From Deltaproteobacteria bacterium (GTDB lineage: Bacteria; Myxococcota_A; Polyangia; Polyangiales; JADJMO01), in assembly GCA_016182965.1 (NCBI GenBank), contig JACPFM010000006.1:9160-73159 (forward strand): a DNA stretch of 64,000 bases, in the 5' to 3' direction. Below, one piece after another: positions 35,404 to 46,473 of the stretch; within the stretch, counting starts at the first letter, position 1; every line of letters begins with the position of its first letter. A program made the position numbers and the translations under genes. The notes beneath the pieces are model-generated. The model was not told the origin of the DNA. It was given only the letters and a program-made list of their open reading frames with translations, and searched no databases.

Positions 35404-37206
35404 ATGACCTCGGATCCAGACGATGGGACGCGCGCGGTCATCCTCGCGCCCACGGCGATCGAGGCCCACCAGACGCCCAGGAAGGTCGAGTTCGCGGATC
35501 TCCCGCGCGTGGTGCAGGACCGGTTCGTCGCGGCGACCGAAGAGACGTTCCCACCGTGGCCGATCCTGCGCGCGCACGCCCGTGCTCCCGCCTCGCGTGG
35601 CTGGACCTTGGTCGCGATCGGCGCCGTGCTGGCCTTGATCGCGCTCGTCCTGCCGGGGTTCGGTGATCCGTTCTCGACGCTGGCGACGCACCCACGCTGG
35701 GCGCTCGGGCTGTTCGCGGTCCTCGTGGCGCTCGCGGTGCTCGGGGCGCCGCGCGCGCTCGCCGCGCACGGCGCGCGCGATCTGCCGTTCCGTGCGGGCG
35801 TCTACGTGTTCCCGAGCGAGCTCGTCGACGCGCGCACCCCGACGCTCTGGATCCACCCGCTCGGCGAGCTGCGGTCCATCGAGACCGGCGCGCGCACGAT
35901 CCGTCTGCACTTCCGCGGCGGTCGGGCGTACGCGTTCGACGTGCCGGAGCTCGAGACCGCCGAGTCGGCGGTCGCGCAGGTGCTCCGCGCGCGCGAGGCG
36001 CTCGAGCAAGGCGGAGACGCGCCGTCGCTCCTCGGGCTGGTCGATCCGCTCTTCGAGCCTACGGAGGGGCCGCCGATCGCGCTGGCAGCCCCCTTTCGCG
36101 TGCGCTGGTCGTTCTGGGTGCAGCGGCGCGCCGGCGTCACCGTCGCCGCGGCGCTGATCCTGGGGCCGCTGGCGTTCGTCGCGCGCGACACGTACAGCGA
36201 CCGCGCGGCGTTCGCCAAGGCCGCCGCGGGCTCCGACCCGGCGGCGCTGCGCGCGTACGCGGATCACGGCAGGCGGCACGTCGCCGAGGTTCGCGGCCGG
36301 CTGCTCCCGCTCGTCGAGCTCCGCGCGCTCCACGACACCGCCGCGATCGAGCGCTGGATGCGCGATCACCCGGTCGCCGCGGCGACGGACGAGGCGAAGG
36401 ACGCCCGGCGGGCCGCGCTCTCGCGCGACGCCGCGCGGCTGTCGACGTTGGCCGCGATCCGCGCCTACGCGGCCGCCCACGCCGGCGACGGTCCGCAGGT
36501 GGAGGCCGACATCACCGAGGCGCTGCGCAGGCTGCACGCCCGTGTGACGTCGTCGCGGGTCGGATCGGTCGCGATCGAGCAGCTGCTCGGCCAGCCGTCC
36601 GCCTGCGGCACGGGCGTCGCGATCGAGATCGTGCGCGGCTCGGGCAACCTTCGAAAGGCCGATCGCGCGGTCTCGGAGTCGCGGCGCTTCGCCGGGAGCG
36701 CCTCGTTTCCGTCTCTTCACCTCACCGCCGCGCCCGGCCCCGAGCGCGAAGCGCGCGAGCTGATCGCGGCGCGCATCGGCGCCGTGTTCCCCGAAGGGTG
36801 CCTCGTCGCGGCGAGAGCCGCGCCGGCGATCGCGGCGACAGCCGCGCCGGCGATCGGTGTCCGGACCGCGACCCTGCGCCTCACCTGGACGCCGCGCTTC
36901 GCGGGGACGGTGCGCACGTCCAACGCGCCGCCGGCGGTGTTCGCGGACCTCGCGTTCGACGTCGACATCCGGCTGCTCGGCCAAGACGGCCGGGCGCTCT
37001 CGCATGCGCGACGGACCATCGGCGCCTCGGTCACCGACGCGAGCCTCACCGCGTACGCCTCGCTCGTCAGGCAGAGCCCGTTCGACGACGCGATCGAGCG
37101 CGGCGCGTACGAGGACGTGCTCCTCCGCGTCCTGACGGTCGCCGCGCGCGACGCGGCCACCTGGCTTCTGGGCGAGGAGCCCACGTCGCCGGTGGCGCCG
37201 CTGTGA
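35404..37206 (+). CDS. Hypothetical membrane protein
   Basis: ATG 35404. TM helices 'GWTLVAIGAVLALIALVL', 'ALGLFAVLVALAVLG' and 'GVTVAAALILGPLAFVA'. High GC3 throughout. No motif recognised. Confidence 0.65.
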   Translation: MTSDPDDGTRAVILAPTAIEAHQTPRKVEFADLPRVVQDRFVAATEETFPPWPILRAHARAPASRGWTLVAIGAVLALIALVLPGFGDPFSTLATHPRWALGLFAVLVALAVLGAPRALAAHGARDLPFRAGVYVFPSELVDARTPTLWIHPLGELRSIETGARTIRLHFRGGRAYAFDVPELETAESAVAQVLRAREALEQGGDAPSLLGLVDPLFEPTEGPPIALAAPFRVRWSFWVQRRAGVTVAAALILGPLAFVARDTYSDRAAFAKAAAGSDPAALRAYADHGRRHVAEVRGRLLPLVELRALHDTAAIERWMRDHPVAAATDEAKDARRAALSRDAARLSTLAAIRAYAAAHAGDGPQVEADITEALRRLHARVTSSRVGSVAIEQLLGQPSACGTGVAIEIVRGSGNLRKADRAVSESRRFAGSASFPSLHLTAAPGPEREARELIAARIGAVFPEGCLVAARAAPAIAATAAPAIGVRTATLRLTWTPRFAGTVRTSNAPPAVFADLAFDVDIRLLGQDGRALSHARRTIGASVTDASLTAYASLVRQSPFDDAIERGAYEDVLLRVLTVAARDAATWLLGEEPTSPVAPL

Positions 37207-37245
37207 ACGTGCGCGGGGGGCGCGTGCTGACCTACGCTGGGACCG

Positions 37246-38573
<1,328 letters not shown>

Positions 38574-38574
<1 letters not shown>

Positions 38575-39086
38575 TGACGACGGTCCCCGCGCTCGCGTCG
38601 CTCTGGCTCGCGCAACGGCGACGAGCGCCGTCCGACGCCGCCGGCGCGATCGTCCTCTCGATCAGCACCGCCGCCATCGCGCTCGCCTCTGCGCACGTCG
38701 GGCCGTTCGTGCTGGTCCCCGGGTGGGCGGCGCAGAACACGCTGGTGTTCGCCATGCACGCGCGCCGCGGCGCGCCGCGCATCACCGTGATCGCGGCCGG
38801 CACGCTCGCCTTCCTCGTGCCGCTGGCGCTCGAGCTGCTCGGGGTGCTGCCGCCTTCTTTCCGTTTCGAGGGCGGACGGCTGCTCATCGGATCGCGGGTC
38901 GCGGCGCTCGACCCGGTGCCGACCATGCTGCTGCTCACCGGGTTGAACGTGGCGCTGCTCGCGATCCCTTCGCTCATCGTCGCCCGCGCGCACGACGACG
39001 CCGAGCAGGCCAAGGAGCGGCTCGCCGCGCACCTCTGGCACCTGCGGCAGCTCGTCCCCGTGCGTCGCCCCTCCGCCGATCGCTGA
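38574..39086 (+). CDS. Small polytopic membrane protein translationally coupled to the kinase
   Basis: ATG 38574 overlaps kinase stop TGA 38572-38574 (tgATG). About 4 TM helices ('AIVLSISTAAIALASAHVGPFVLV', 'LLLTGLNVALLAIPSLIVA'). Confidence 0.6.
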
Positions 39087-39227
39087 ATCCGCGGCGCAGG
39101 CGGAGGCGCACCGTCACCCACATTGCACACGTGTCATGCGCGAGTTTCAAAACTGAACGCTGGGCAAGCGTATCGGGTGGGACATCCACCCCTGTGCAGA
39201 TCAGTTAAGTTTCTGAACAAACCCGAC

Positions 39228-39242
39228 TGGTTGGACACCTGC
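39228..39242 (+). promoter_or_regulatory. Sigma-54-like -24/-12 candidate
   Basis: 'TGGTTGGACACCTGC' has correct GG-N10-GC spacing and sits ~80 nt upstream of ATG 39324, in a visibly less GC-rich intergenic region. A weaker match than the one at 28131. Confidence 0.3.
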
Positions 39243-39323
39243 GATCGCGGTAATTCAAGGGCTTCGACGGCTGAGGCATGACTCCTGCTTGGTGCCGGCG
39301 CACCTCGGGAGGAGATAACTCAG

Positions 39324-40295
39324 ATGACCCGCACCGCCCTCGTCGCCCTCGCCCTCGCGTCCCTGACCCTCGTCGCCTGCGCCGGCAACGACGGCACCGG
39401 CGGTCCCGGCGGCACCGGCGATCCCACGGGTCCGGCGCCCACGGCCCCGACGACGCCCAGCGCCGATCCCAACGCGCCGCTCGATCCGGTCGACGATCCC
39501 GTGCCCGCCGGCATCCCCGCGCTCGGCGCGTTCGATCGCGAGAAGGGCATCGAGCTTCCCGTGGATCTGAGCTGCGTGGGCAGGCCGTTGCCGGTCGCCA
39601 CCGGCGCCGCGTCCGAGCGCGACTTCCACCTCATCCAGCTCGGCGGACAGGACGCCGATCGCGTCGCCGACGCGAAGGTCGAGATCTTCCTCGACAACAA
39701 GCTGACGATGCCGGCCGACGCCACCGTGCAGCTCAAGAAGGACGCCGACCCCGCCAAGAACGGCGCCTTCACCACGCAGGCGCAGCCCGGGTGGATCGCC
39801 TATCGCGTGTCGCCGGGCGCAGGGTTCCTCCCGATCGTCGGCCTCGACCTCGAGGTGCCGGAGACCGGCGCGGTGCTCCCCGCGGTGCCGACCGCCGACA
39901 AGGTCTCGATGATGTCGATCCTCATCGCCGGCGCGACGTACGAGCCGAGCAAGGGTTCCGGACGCGCCGTCCTGCGGGCCGTCGATTGCGCCGGGCACGC
40001 GCTGGTCAACTCGCACATCGTGCTCGAGATCGACGGCAAGCTCGCACGGCCGAGCAAGGGCGACGGGATTCGTCGCAGCTACTTCAACGACACCGAGTTC
40101 CCGAGCGCGAGCGCGCTGTGGACGAGCCGCTCGGGCGTGGTCGCGTTCATCGAGATGCCCGCCGGCGCCAAGGCCATTCGCGCGGTCGCGCGCGGCATCG
40201 TCGACGGTCAGACCAAGGTGCTCGCGCTGCGGACGATCCCCCTGGTCGCGGACGGCGTGACCACGGCGAAGCTGTTCCCCTACGCGATGCCGTGA
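39324..40295 (+). CDS. Lipoprotein, unknown function
   Basis: 'GGAGA' RBS is 8 nt upstream. Lipobox 'LTLVACAG'. Pro/Thr-rich linker. High GC3. Confidence 0.75.
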   Translation: MTRTALVALALASLTLVACAGNDGTGGPGGTGDPTGPAPTAPTTPSADPNAPLDPVDDPVPAGIPALGAFDREKGIELPVDLSCVGRPLPVATGAASERDFHLIQLGGQDADRVADAKVEIFLDNKLTMPADATVQLKKDADPAKNGAFTTQAQPGWIAYRVSPGAGFLPIVGLDLEVPETGAVLPAVPTADKVSMMSILIAGATYEPSKGSGRAVLRAVDCAGHALVNSHIVLEIDGKLARPSKGDGIRRSYFNDTEFPSASALWTSRSGVVAFIEMPAGAKAIRAVARGIVDGQTKVLALRTIPLVADGVTTAKLFPYAMP

Positions 40296-40384
40296 CCTCC
40301 GGCCCTTCACCGCAGCGCGCGACGGCGTAGCCTGTCACCCGGCCCGGGAGACGCGCACGCGTCTCTCCGAGCGGGAGGGCTGCG

Positions 40385-40498
40385 ATGTCGAATCGGTGGG
40401 TGCCTGCGTTCCTCGTCTGTCTCTCGGCGGCTTGCTCGAAGGAGGAGATCCTCGAGCATGAGGACAACGAGATGATGCGTCCGCTGATCGTCGAGTGA
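40385..40498 (+). CDS. Possible 37-aa mini-lipoprotein
   Basis: 'MSNRWVPAFLVCLSAACSKEEILEHEDNEMMRPLIVE*' has a lipobox-like 'LSAAC'. Too short for the ORF track and has no other support. Confidence 0.2.
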   Translation: MSNRWVPAFLVCLSAACSKEEILEHEDNEMMRPLIVE

Positions 40499-40535
40499 TC
40501 GCTCGAGTCGGCATGGGCCCATACCGAGGCGACGC

Positions 40536-41249
40536 TCACCGAGATCGAAGAGAAGGGCGATCACCCGCAGGAGGAGCTGGCCTGAATCCCGCCTGCGAGG
40601 GGCGCACACGCCGCGCCTGCTCGAGTATGGCGACCACCTCGTCGTCGGTCACCTGCGTGAAGTCGACATAGAAGCGCCCGATGGCCATCAGGTCGTCCTC
40701 GGGCTGGGGGCACTCGACGACGTCGGCGTCGTCGAGCATCGCGTGGAGCGTCACCGTGGCGCCGACCGGCACCGCGAGCACCAGCTTGCTCGGGCCGCGG
40801 CGCCGCAGCGCCCGAAGCGCCGCGCGCGCGGTGCCGCCGGTCGCCAGACCGTCGTCGACGACGATCACCACGCGGCCGTGCACGTCGGGGGGCGGCGCGC
40901 CGCCGCGGAACTTCGCGACGCGCGCCTCGATCTCGCGGAGCTTCGCGGTGGCGATGCGCTCGACCTCGGCGTCGGTGGTGCCGGTGGCGGCGATGACGTC
41001 CTCGTTGAGGTGGACCCCTCCCCCCTCGGCGACCGCGCCGAGCCCGAGCTCCGGCTGCATCGGCGCGCCGACCTTCCGCACGATCCAGGTGTCGAGCGGG
41101 GCGTCGAGCGCGCGCGCGACCTCGTCCGCTACCGGCACTCCTCCCCGCGGCAGGCCGAGCACGATGGGCGACTGCGCGCGATAACGGGCGAGGTGCGCGC
41201 CGAGCGCGCGCCCTGCCTCACGACGGTCCCGAAAACGATGAACGGCCAT
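40536..41249 (-). CDS. Phosphoribosyltransferase-family protein
   Basis: ATG 41249 with 'gaggtggagg' upstream. 'VLGLPRGGVPVA' and the PRPP motif 'VVIVVDDGLATGGTARAA'. Confidence 0.85.
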   Translation of the reverse strand: MAVHRFRDRREAGRALGAHLARYRAQSPIVLGLPRGGVPVADEVARALDAPLDTWIVRKVGAPMQPELGLGAVAEGGGVHLNEDVIAATGTTDAEVERIATAKLREIEARVAKFRGGAPPPDVHGRVVIVVDDGLATGGTARAALRALRRRGPSKLVLAVPVGATVTLHAMLDDADVVECPQPEDDLMAIGRFYVDFTQVTDDEVVAILEQARRVRPSQAGFRPAPPAGDRPSLRSR

Positions 41250-41268
41250 CCTCCACCTCTCGAGTGAC

Positions 41269-41745
41269 TCACGCGCCCCGCGTCCGACCGTGCGGCCCTC
41301 GATGCAGGACCTCCGACGCGCGCCGTCGGTGCTGCGCCAACGTGCCCGCGTCGACCTCACGGCGAATCGCCGCGAGCACGTCGTCGAGCGTGACGACGCC
41401 GTGGACGTGCCCCGAGCGGTCGATCACCGGCAGTCGTCGCGCCTCGAAGCTGCGCATCCGGTGGAGCGTCTCGTCGAGGTCCTCGTCGACGGTCACGCTG
41501 GCGAAGCCGTCGCGGACGAGGGTCCCGATCTGCAGTTTCGCCGGATCGGCCCCCTCGTCGGCGAGGACCGAGACGACGAGATCGCGCTCGGTGACGACGC
41601 CGACGGGGCGGACGCCGCCGCCGCCGCGCTCGACGACGATCAGCTGGTCGACGCGGGCGTCGCGCATGCGTCTGGCCGCGGCGGCGACGCTCTCGTCGCC
41701 GTCGATGGTCGCCACCTCGCGTCTGCACAGCTCGCCGACCTTCAT
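41269..41745 (-). CDS. CBS-pair domain protein
   Basis: 'MKVGELCRREVATIDGDESV..GVVTERDLVV..RRLPVIDRSGHVHGVVTLDDVL'. Paralogous to the protein at 45988-46440. Confidence 0.85.
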   Translation of the reverse strand: MKVGELCRREVATIDGDESVAAAARRMRDARVDQLIVVERGGGGVRPVGVVTERDLVVSVLADEGADPAKLQIGTLVRDGFASVTVDEDLDETLHRMRSFEARRLPVIDRSGHVHGVVTLDDVLAAIRREVDAGTLAQHRRRASEVLHRGPHGRTRGA

Positions 41746-41804
41746 GGCGTCCCTCCTCGTCCAAGACGGGGAAGACGTGATGCACGTCGAGCGCCAGCGA
41801 CGGC

Positions 41805-44075
41805 TCAGTCGTGCGCGGTCCGCGAGCGCGCCGCCGCGAGCAGGATTCGCCGCTCGGCCGCGTCGACGTTGCGCCTCGTCGCGTCGATCGCGTCGGGGTT
41901 GACCGAGATGGAGTCGATGCCCTCGCGGACCAGCAGCTCGGCGAGCTCGGGGTGGATCGAGGGAGCCTGGCCGCAGATCGAGCAGGTCAGGCCGCACGCC
42001 CGCGACGCCGCGATGATCGCCCGGATGGCCGCGAGCACCGCCTCGTCTCGCTCGTCGAAGAGGTCGGCGAGCGCGGCGCTGTCGCGATCGACGCCGAGGA
42101 CGAGCTGGGTGAGATCGTTCGAGCCGATCGACACGCCCTGCACGCCGAGCTTCGCGTACGTCGGCAGCCAGTACACGACCGAAGGCACCTCGGCCATGAC
42201 CCACAGCTGGAGGTCGCGCTGTCGGCTGAGATCGCTGTGATCGACCAGGTCCTTGCACGCGCGCACCTCGCTCGCCGTGCGCACGAACGGGATCATCAGG
42301 TGCACGTTGCCGAGGCCCGATCGCGCCCTGGCGAGCGCGGTCAGCTCGAGGGCGAAGAGGTCCGGCTCGCGCACGTAGCGGTAGCAGCCGCGGTACCCGA
42401 TCATCGGGTTGTCCTCCTTCGGCTCGAAGCGATCGCCCCCCTCGAGGCCGCGGAACTCGTTGGTGCGGAAGTCCATGCTCCGGTAGACGACCGGTCGTGG
42501 GTGGAAGGCCCTGGCGAAGCCGCGGATGCCCTCGGCGAGCCGGTCCACGAGGCGGGAGCTCTCGCCGCGCTCGAGGAGCAGGCGCGGGTGCTTGCCGTCG
42601 AGGGCCCGGAGGATCATGAACTCGGCGCGCAAGAGCCCGACGCCGTCGACGTCCATCGCCGCGATCTCCGCGGCCCGCGCGGGATCGCCGAGGTTGACGT
42701 AGACGCGCGTGGCGGTCGTCGCCGCGGCGCGCCCGGCGGTCGTCTTCGGCGGTCTGACCTCGCCGCTGGGCGCCGCGCCTCGCCGCACGACGCCCTCCAC
42801 CGCGTCGAGCGTCACGACGGTGCCGGTCGCGACCTTTCGCGTCGCGTCGCCGGCGCCGACGATGCACGGGATCCCGAGCTCGCGCGACACGATCGCGGCG
42901 TGGCTGGTCTTGCCGCCGCTGTCGGTGACGATCCCGCCGGCGCGACGCAGGAAGGGCACCCAATCGGGCGTGGTCATCGGCGCGACGAGGATCTCCCCCT
43001 TCTGAAGGCTCCCTCCGAGCTCGGGCCCGAGGAGCACGCGCGCGGCGCCGCTGACCAGGCCGGGGCTCGCGGCGAGGCCGCGCACGAGGATCTCCCCCTC
43101 GCGCACGTCCTGCTTCGGGCGCGAGGTCACCGGGCGCGTCTGCACCAGCCACTCCTTGCCGCGCGCGATGGCGAACTCGGCGTCCTGCGGGGCGCCGTAG
43201 TGCTGCTCGTCGGCGAGCGCCAGCCGGGCGACAGCGCGCACCTCGTCGTCGCTCAGCGACGGAGCGTCGGCGCGATCGGGCGACAGGTCGTGTCGCTCGT
43301 TCCGCTCGCGCGCGCCGCGCACGAGCTCGAAGGTCTTGTGGCCGATCGCGCGATCGACGATCTCGAGCGTCTTCTTGTCGACCACGAAGCGATCGGGCTG
43401 CACCAGCCCGCCGACCACGACCTCGCCGAGGCCCCAGGCGGACTCGATGACCATCACGTCGTCGCGACCGGAGGTCGGATCGACGGTGAAGAGCACGCCG
43501 GACTTGTCGGCGTCGATCATCGCCTCGACGACGACCGCGAGCTCGGGCTCGGCCGGCGCGTGCTGCGACTTGCGGTAGAAGAGCGCCCGGGCCGCGAAGG
43601 CGCTCGCCCAGCAGCTGCGCACCGCGTCCACGACCGCGGCGTCACCGCGCACGTTCAGGAAGCTCTTGTGCAGGCCGGCGAACGAGAACTGCGCGGTGTC
43701 CTCGGCGGTGGCCGACGACCGCACCGCCACGAACGGGTCTCGCTCGCCGACCCGCGTCGCCAGCGCGTGGTAGGCGTCGACGATGCGCGCGCGGACCTCG
43801 TCGGGCACCTCCGCTCCGACCACGCGCCGCTGGATCTCCTCGGACGCGACGCCGAGCGCCGCGGTGTCGTCGACGTCGAGCGCGGCGATGCGCGCGCGGA
43901 TCTCGTCGGCGAGGCCGCTCTGCGCGAGGAACGCGCCGAACGAGTCGACGGTGACGACGAACCCGGGCGGCACCGGCAGGCCCGCGCGGATCATCTCCCC
44001 GAGGTTCGCCCCCTTGCCGCCGGCGCGCGACACGTCGGCGCGCGACAGCTCCTCGAACCAGGCTGTGTTCGGCAT
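41805..44075 (-). CDS. ppsA: Phosphoenolpyruvate synthase (pyruvate, water dikinase)
   Basis: 'AGGKGANLGEM' ATP-grasp N-terminus. Swivel His 'GGKTSHAAIVSRELGIPCIVG'. PEP-utilizer TIM barrel 'GLLRAEFMI..VSIGSNDLTQLVLGVDRDS'. Confidence 0.85.
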   Translation of the reverse strand: MPNTAWFEELSRADVSRAGGKGANLGEMIRAGLPVPPGFVVTVDSFGAFLAQSGLADEIRARIAALDVDDTAALGVASEEIQRRVVGAEVPDEVRARIVDAYHALATRVGERDPFVAVRSSATAEDTAQFSFAGLHKSFLNVRGDAAVVDAVRSCWASAFAARALFYRKSQHAPAEPELAVVVEAMIDADKSGVLFTVDPTSGRDDVMVIESAWGLGEVVVGGLVQPDRFVVDKKTLEIVDRAIGHKTFELVRGARERNERHDLSPDRADAPSLSDDEVRAVARLALADEQHYGAPQDAEFAIARGKEWLVQTRPVTSRPKQDVREGEILVRGLAASPGLVSGAARVLLGPELGGSLQKGEILVAPMTTPDWVPFLRRAGGIVTDSGGKTSHAAIVSRELGIPCIVGAGDATRKVATGTVVTLDAVEGVVRRGAAPSGEVRPPKTTAGRAAATTATRVYVNLGDPARAAEIAAMDVDGVGLLRAEFMILRALDGKHPRLLLERGESSRLVDRLAEGIRGFARAFHPRPVVYRSMDFRTNEFRGLEGGDRFEPKEDNPMIGYRGCYRYVREPDLFALELTALARARSGLGNVHLMIPFVRTASEVRACKDLVDHSDLSRQRDLQLWVMAEVPSVVYWLPTYAKLGVQGVSIGSNDLTQLVLGVDRDSAALADLFDERDEAVLAAIRAIIAASRACGLTCSICGQAPSIHPELAELLVREGIDSISVNPDAIDATRRNVDAAERRILLAAARSRTAHD

Positions 44076-44195
44076 GATCCCGCCCCCTCTTCAGCTCCCG
44101 ACGTGCGTCGGCCGTGCCAGCGGCGACGGCGGGGGCGTGCCCGGGCGAGCTCACTCGGCGCTCTCAGCCCGGCGAGAGCGTGTATCCTCACGCGC

Positions 44196-45323
44196 GTGAG
44201 CGCACGCAAGCCTCTCGACGTCGCACTCCTCTGCAACCCTCTCGCGGGCGGGCGCTGGCGTGTCCTGGCCGACGTGCTCGACTCCGACGAGGCGAAGGCT
44301 GCGCACCGCATCGTCACGGACGAGATCAGCGACGTCGGCGAGGCCCTCGCCGGCCTCGGTCAGCGGGTGAAGCTGCTGTGCATCTACGGCGGCGACGGCA
44401 CGATCTACCGCGTCATCAACGAGCTGCTCCGCGACCCGAGCGCCACCCCGCCGCGCATCGCCCTGCTCGGCGGCGGCACGATGAACGTGACCGCCGGGTG
44501 GCTCGGCATGCGCGAGACGCCCGGCGAGACCTTCCGCCAGATCATGCGCGCCTACATGGCCGACCGCCTGCTCTGGCGCGAGGTGCCGCTCCTCGCGGTC
44601 ACCCACCACGGCCAGACGCAGTTCGGCTTCACGCTGGGCTTCGGGCCGATGATCCGCATCCTCGAGCGCTTCGAGTCGGGCCAGAAGAGCCGCCTCAACG
44701 CGGTGAAGATCGGCGTCCAATCGGTGCTGAGCGCGGTGAGCGGCTTCCCGAAGGAATATCAGCAGGTGCTGCGCGAGATGGACGCGACGCTCACCGTCGA
44801 CGGCGAGCGCATCCCCCACACGCGGTTCGCGGCGGTCCTCGGCAACGTCACCGGCGTCATCAACCCGTTCGTCGAGCCGTTCGTCGGCGAGCGCACGCGC
44901 GACTCGTTCCACTTCCTTTCGTACGCGGTGTCCTCGCGGGAGTTCGCGATCATGGTGCCGCTGCTCGCCCGGGCGCTCGTGCCCATCGATCCGCGCTCGC
45001 TGCTGCACCCGGTCTCCGCGTGGCGCCAGGCGCTGCTCTCGGTGATCGGCGAGCGCCACCTGCCGGCCGATCCGCGCTACATCAACAGGCCGGCGCGCCA
45101 CCTCGTCATGGAGACGTCCGAGCCCTTCTACACGATCGACGGCGAGGTCTTCCCGGCGCTCGACGGTCGCTTCGAGGTCCGCCTGGGCCCGCAGCTCCAC
45201 CTCGCGACGCTCGGCGGCCGCCGCCGCGCCCTTCGCAAGGCGGCGCCCAACCACGCGGAGAAGCCGAAGAGCAACGGCCACTCGACCATGCCCCACGGCG
45301 ACGGCGCACGCGCGCGCTCGTGA
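44196..45323 (+). CDS. Diacylglycerol/lipid kinase catalytic-domain protein (DAGK_cat/YegS-like)
   Basis: GTG 44196. 'LLCNPLAGG', 'IYGGDGTIYRVINEL', 'LLGGGTMNV'. Confidence 0.75.
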   Translation: MSARKPLDVALLCNPLAGGRWRVLADVLDSDEAKAAHRIVTDEISDVGEALAGLGQRVKLLCIYGGDGTIYRVINELLRDPSATPPRIALLGGGTMNVTAGWLGMRETPGETFRQIMRAYMADRLLWREVPLLAVTHHGQTQFGFTLGFGPMIRILERFESGQKSRLNAVKIGVQSVLSAVSGFPKEYQQVLREMDATLTVDGERIPHTRFAAVLGNVTGVINPFVEPFVGERTRDSFHFLSYAVSSREFAIMVPLLARALVPIDPRSLLHPVSAWRQALLSVIGERHLPADPRYINRPARHLVMETSEPFYTIDGEVFPALDGRFEVRLGPQLHLATLGGRRRALRKAAPNHAEKPKSNGHSTMPHGDGARARS

Positions 45324-45564
45324 CCTGCAGGTCACGCCGGGCTCGGCGCCTCGATCGGCGCGGCGCAGCGCAGGAGTCGGACGCAGGAGTTGCACGCTCC
45401 CCGCCGCGGTCGTCGGCATGGACGCGAACACGACCACCGCGGGCTCGGAGGCTCGATCGGTCCACGTCGTGCACGTCGATCGGGACCGGGCCGTGACGCT
45501 CGCTGCGCTCGAGCTCGATACGTGAGGACGAGCGCGCGTGCCCTAAGACGAGCAGGGGGGCCAC

Positions 45565-45963
45565 ATGATCGCTGCCGACGTGATGACCAACGATCCTCGG
45601 ACCGTTCGCGTGAACGACTCGATCGGCGAGGCCTGGCAGGTGTTTCGCGAGCTCGACATTCGCCACGTCCCGGTGGTGAACGACGACGGCGATCTCGTGG
45701 GGATCCTCAGCGATCGCGATCTGTCGGGTCGCACCCGCGAGTCGCTGCCGGTGAGCACGCTGCGCGTGGCGGACGTGATGAGCGGGAGCGTGGTCGCCGT
45801 GAACCCCCAGACGGACCTCCGCGAGGTGATCGAGGCCTTGCTCGAGCACCGCATCGGCGCCATCCCGGTGGTCGATGGCGAGTCGAAGGTGGTGGGAATC
45901 ATCAGCTACGTAGACGTGCTGCGATCGTTCGATCGAGCGATCGTCGAGGCGACCGCTCCTTGA
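45565..45963 (+). CDS. CBS-pair domain protein
   Basis: 'IAADVMTNDPRTV', 'HVPVVNDDGDLVGILSDRDL', 'GAIPVVDGESKVVGIISYVDVL'. Confidence 0.85.
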   Translation: MIAADVMTNDPRTVRVNDSIGEAWQVFRELDIRHVPVVNDDGDLVGILSDRDLSGRTRESLPVSTLRVADVMSGSVVAVNPQTDLREVIEALLEHRIGAIPVVDGESKVVGIISYVDVLRSFDRAIVEATAP

Positions 45964-45987
45964 GACCGGTCAGAGGGAGACACTCCG

Positions 45988-46440
45988 ATGAAGATCAGCG
46001 AGCTGTGCAGGCGCGAGGTCGCGACCATCGATCCCGGAGAGAGCGTCGTCGCTGCGGCGAAGCGCATGCGCGAGACGCACGTCGGCGATCTCGTCGTCGT
46101 CGATCGGAACGGCGGCGGCGAGCGGCCGCTCGGCATCGTGACCGATCGCGACATCGTCGTCTCGGTCGTCGCCGCCGAGGTGTCCGACCCGGCGAAGCTC
46201 GACGTACGCGACATCGTCCGGGAGGATCTGGTCACCGCGACCGAAGACGAGGATGTCGACGAGGTGCTGCGCCGCATGCGCAGCTTCGCGGTCCGCCGCG
46301 TTCCGGTCGTCGACGCCGCCGGGTTCCTCTGCGGCATCGTCACGCTCGACGACGTGCTCGCCTGGATCGGCGACGACATCGCCGAGGCCACGTCGATCCC
46401 GCGCCGGCAGCGCATGATCGAGTCCCGCGTCCGAGTCTGA
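45988..46440 (+). CDS. CBS-pair domain protein (paralog of 41269-41745)
   Basis: 'MKISELCRREVATIDPGESV..GIVTDRDIVVSV..RRVPVVDAAGFLCGIVTLDDVL'. Confidence 0.85.
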   Translation: MKISELCRREVATIDPGESVVAAAKRMRETHVGDLVVVDRNGGGERPLGIVTDRDIVVSVVAAEVSDPAKLDVRDIVREDLVTATEDEDVDEVLRRMRSFAVRRVPVVDAAGFLCGIVTLDDVLAWIGDDIAEATSIPRRQRMIESRVRV

Positions 46441-46473
46441 CCCGCGGACGCGACCGCGGGACGTCGGATCGTC

